Shown here in pieces: positions 63,541-64,000 of a stretch of 64,000 nucleotides of DNA. Origin of the DNA: the human T2T-CHM13v2.0 reference genome, Homo sapiens; the NCBI RefSeq assembly GCF_009914755.1, contig NC_060926.1; one strand, given 5' to 3'. The position numbers and the translations under genes were made by a program. The notes below the pieces were generated by a model. It was not told the origin of the DNA. It saw nothing but the letters and a program-made list of their open reading frames with translations, and searched no databases. How positions within the stretch are numbered: the stretch's first letter is position 1; each line of letters starts with the position of its first letter.

Positions 63541-64000
63541 TGTCATAGGGAATCAAAGTAATCAAAATGATAGTTAAGGCACAAAACTCACATTATGGAG
63601 ACATTTATTTTTAATTACCCTAAAGCATGCAAGACATATGAGTACTAAAAAAGCAATATTCTCCTAACCTACCACATCAGGACCAGTGGAGCATAATTCA
63701 ATTTTTGGGAATTAGAAAGCTGCTTCCAAAAATTCCTGGTCTCTGTGATCAATTCTCTAGTCAATTTGATTCTTTTTATTAAAACAATGGGAAAGGCTTA
63801 TTGATGTTTTCTCTTAGATTTTTCCCGGGTAGGAATAATAATTCTGTAACTACAAGAGTCATCCAATTCCATGTTTTAATGAGAAGCATGGTGGTATTTA
63901 TGGTTTTATAGCCTGGAATGGCTAACTTGTTTGTTTGTTTCCTGAGAATTTAATGAAAGCTGAGTATGTGTATACATATATAATTTTATGTAGAATTTCA

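Overview
This is primate, almost certainly human, genomic DNA from inside the cyclic-nucleotide phosphodiesterase gene PDE11A, which lies on the - strand. Two phase-0 coding exons are present: 13746..13657 (90 bp, VMQMYLPFCGIAISNAQLFAASRKEYERSR) and 6757..6617 (141 bp, ALLEVVNDLF...EDIESP). They cover the end of GAF-A, the linker and the start of GAF-B. The rest is intron rich in retroelements: about 20 Alu pieces, L1 fragments of many ages, L2/MIR, several solo LTRs (including LTR8 and HERV-H LTR7 with intact TSDs) and DNA-transposon remnants. The most unusual object is a full-length SVA_F-like element (53202-56484). Inside its target-site duplication it carries a 144-bp CpG-rich non-SVA 5' leader, i.e. 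a 5' transduction from another locus. Its empty target site survives in a nearby local duplicate that has template-switch signatures. Most ORFs in the track are repeat-derived and spurious. I see no evidence of a new multi-gene system. Repeat subfamily calls were made by eye from remembered consensus sequences, and boundaries without a TSD are approximate.
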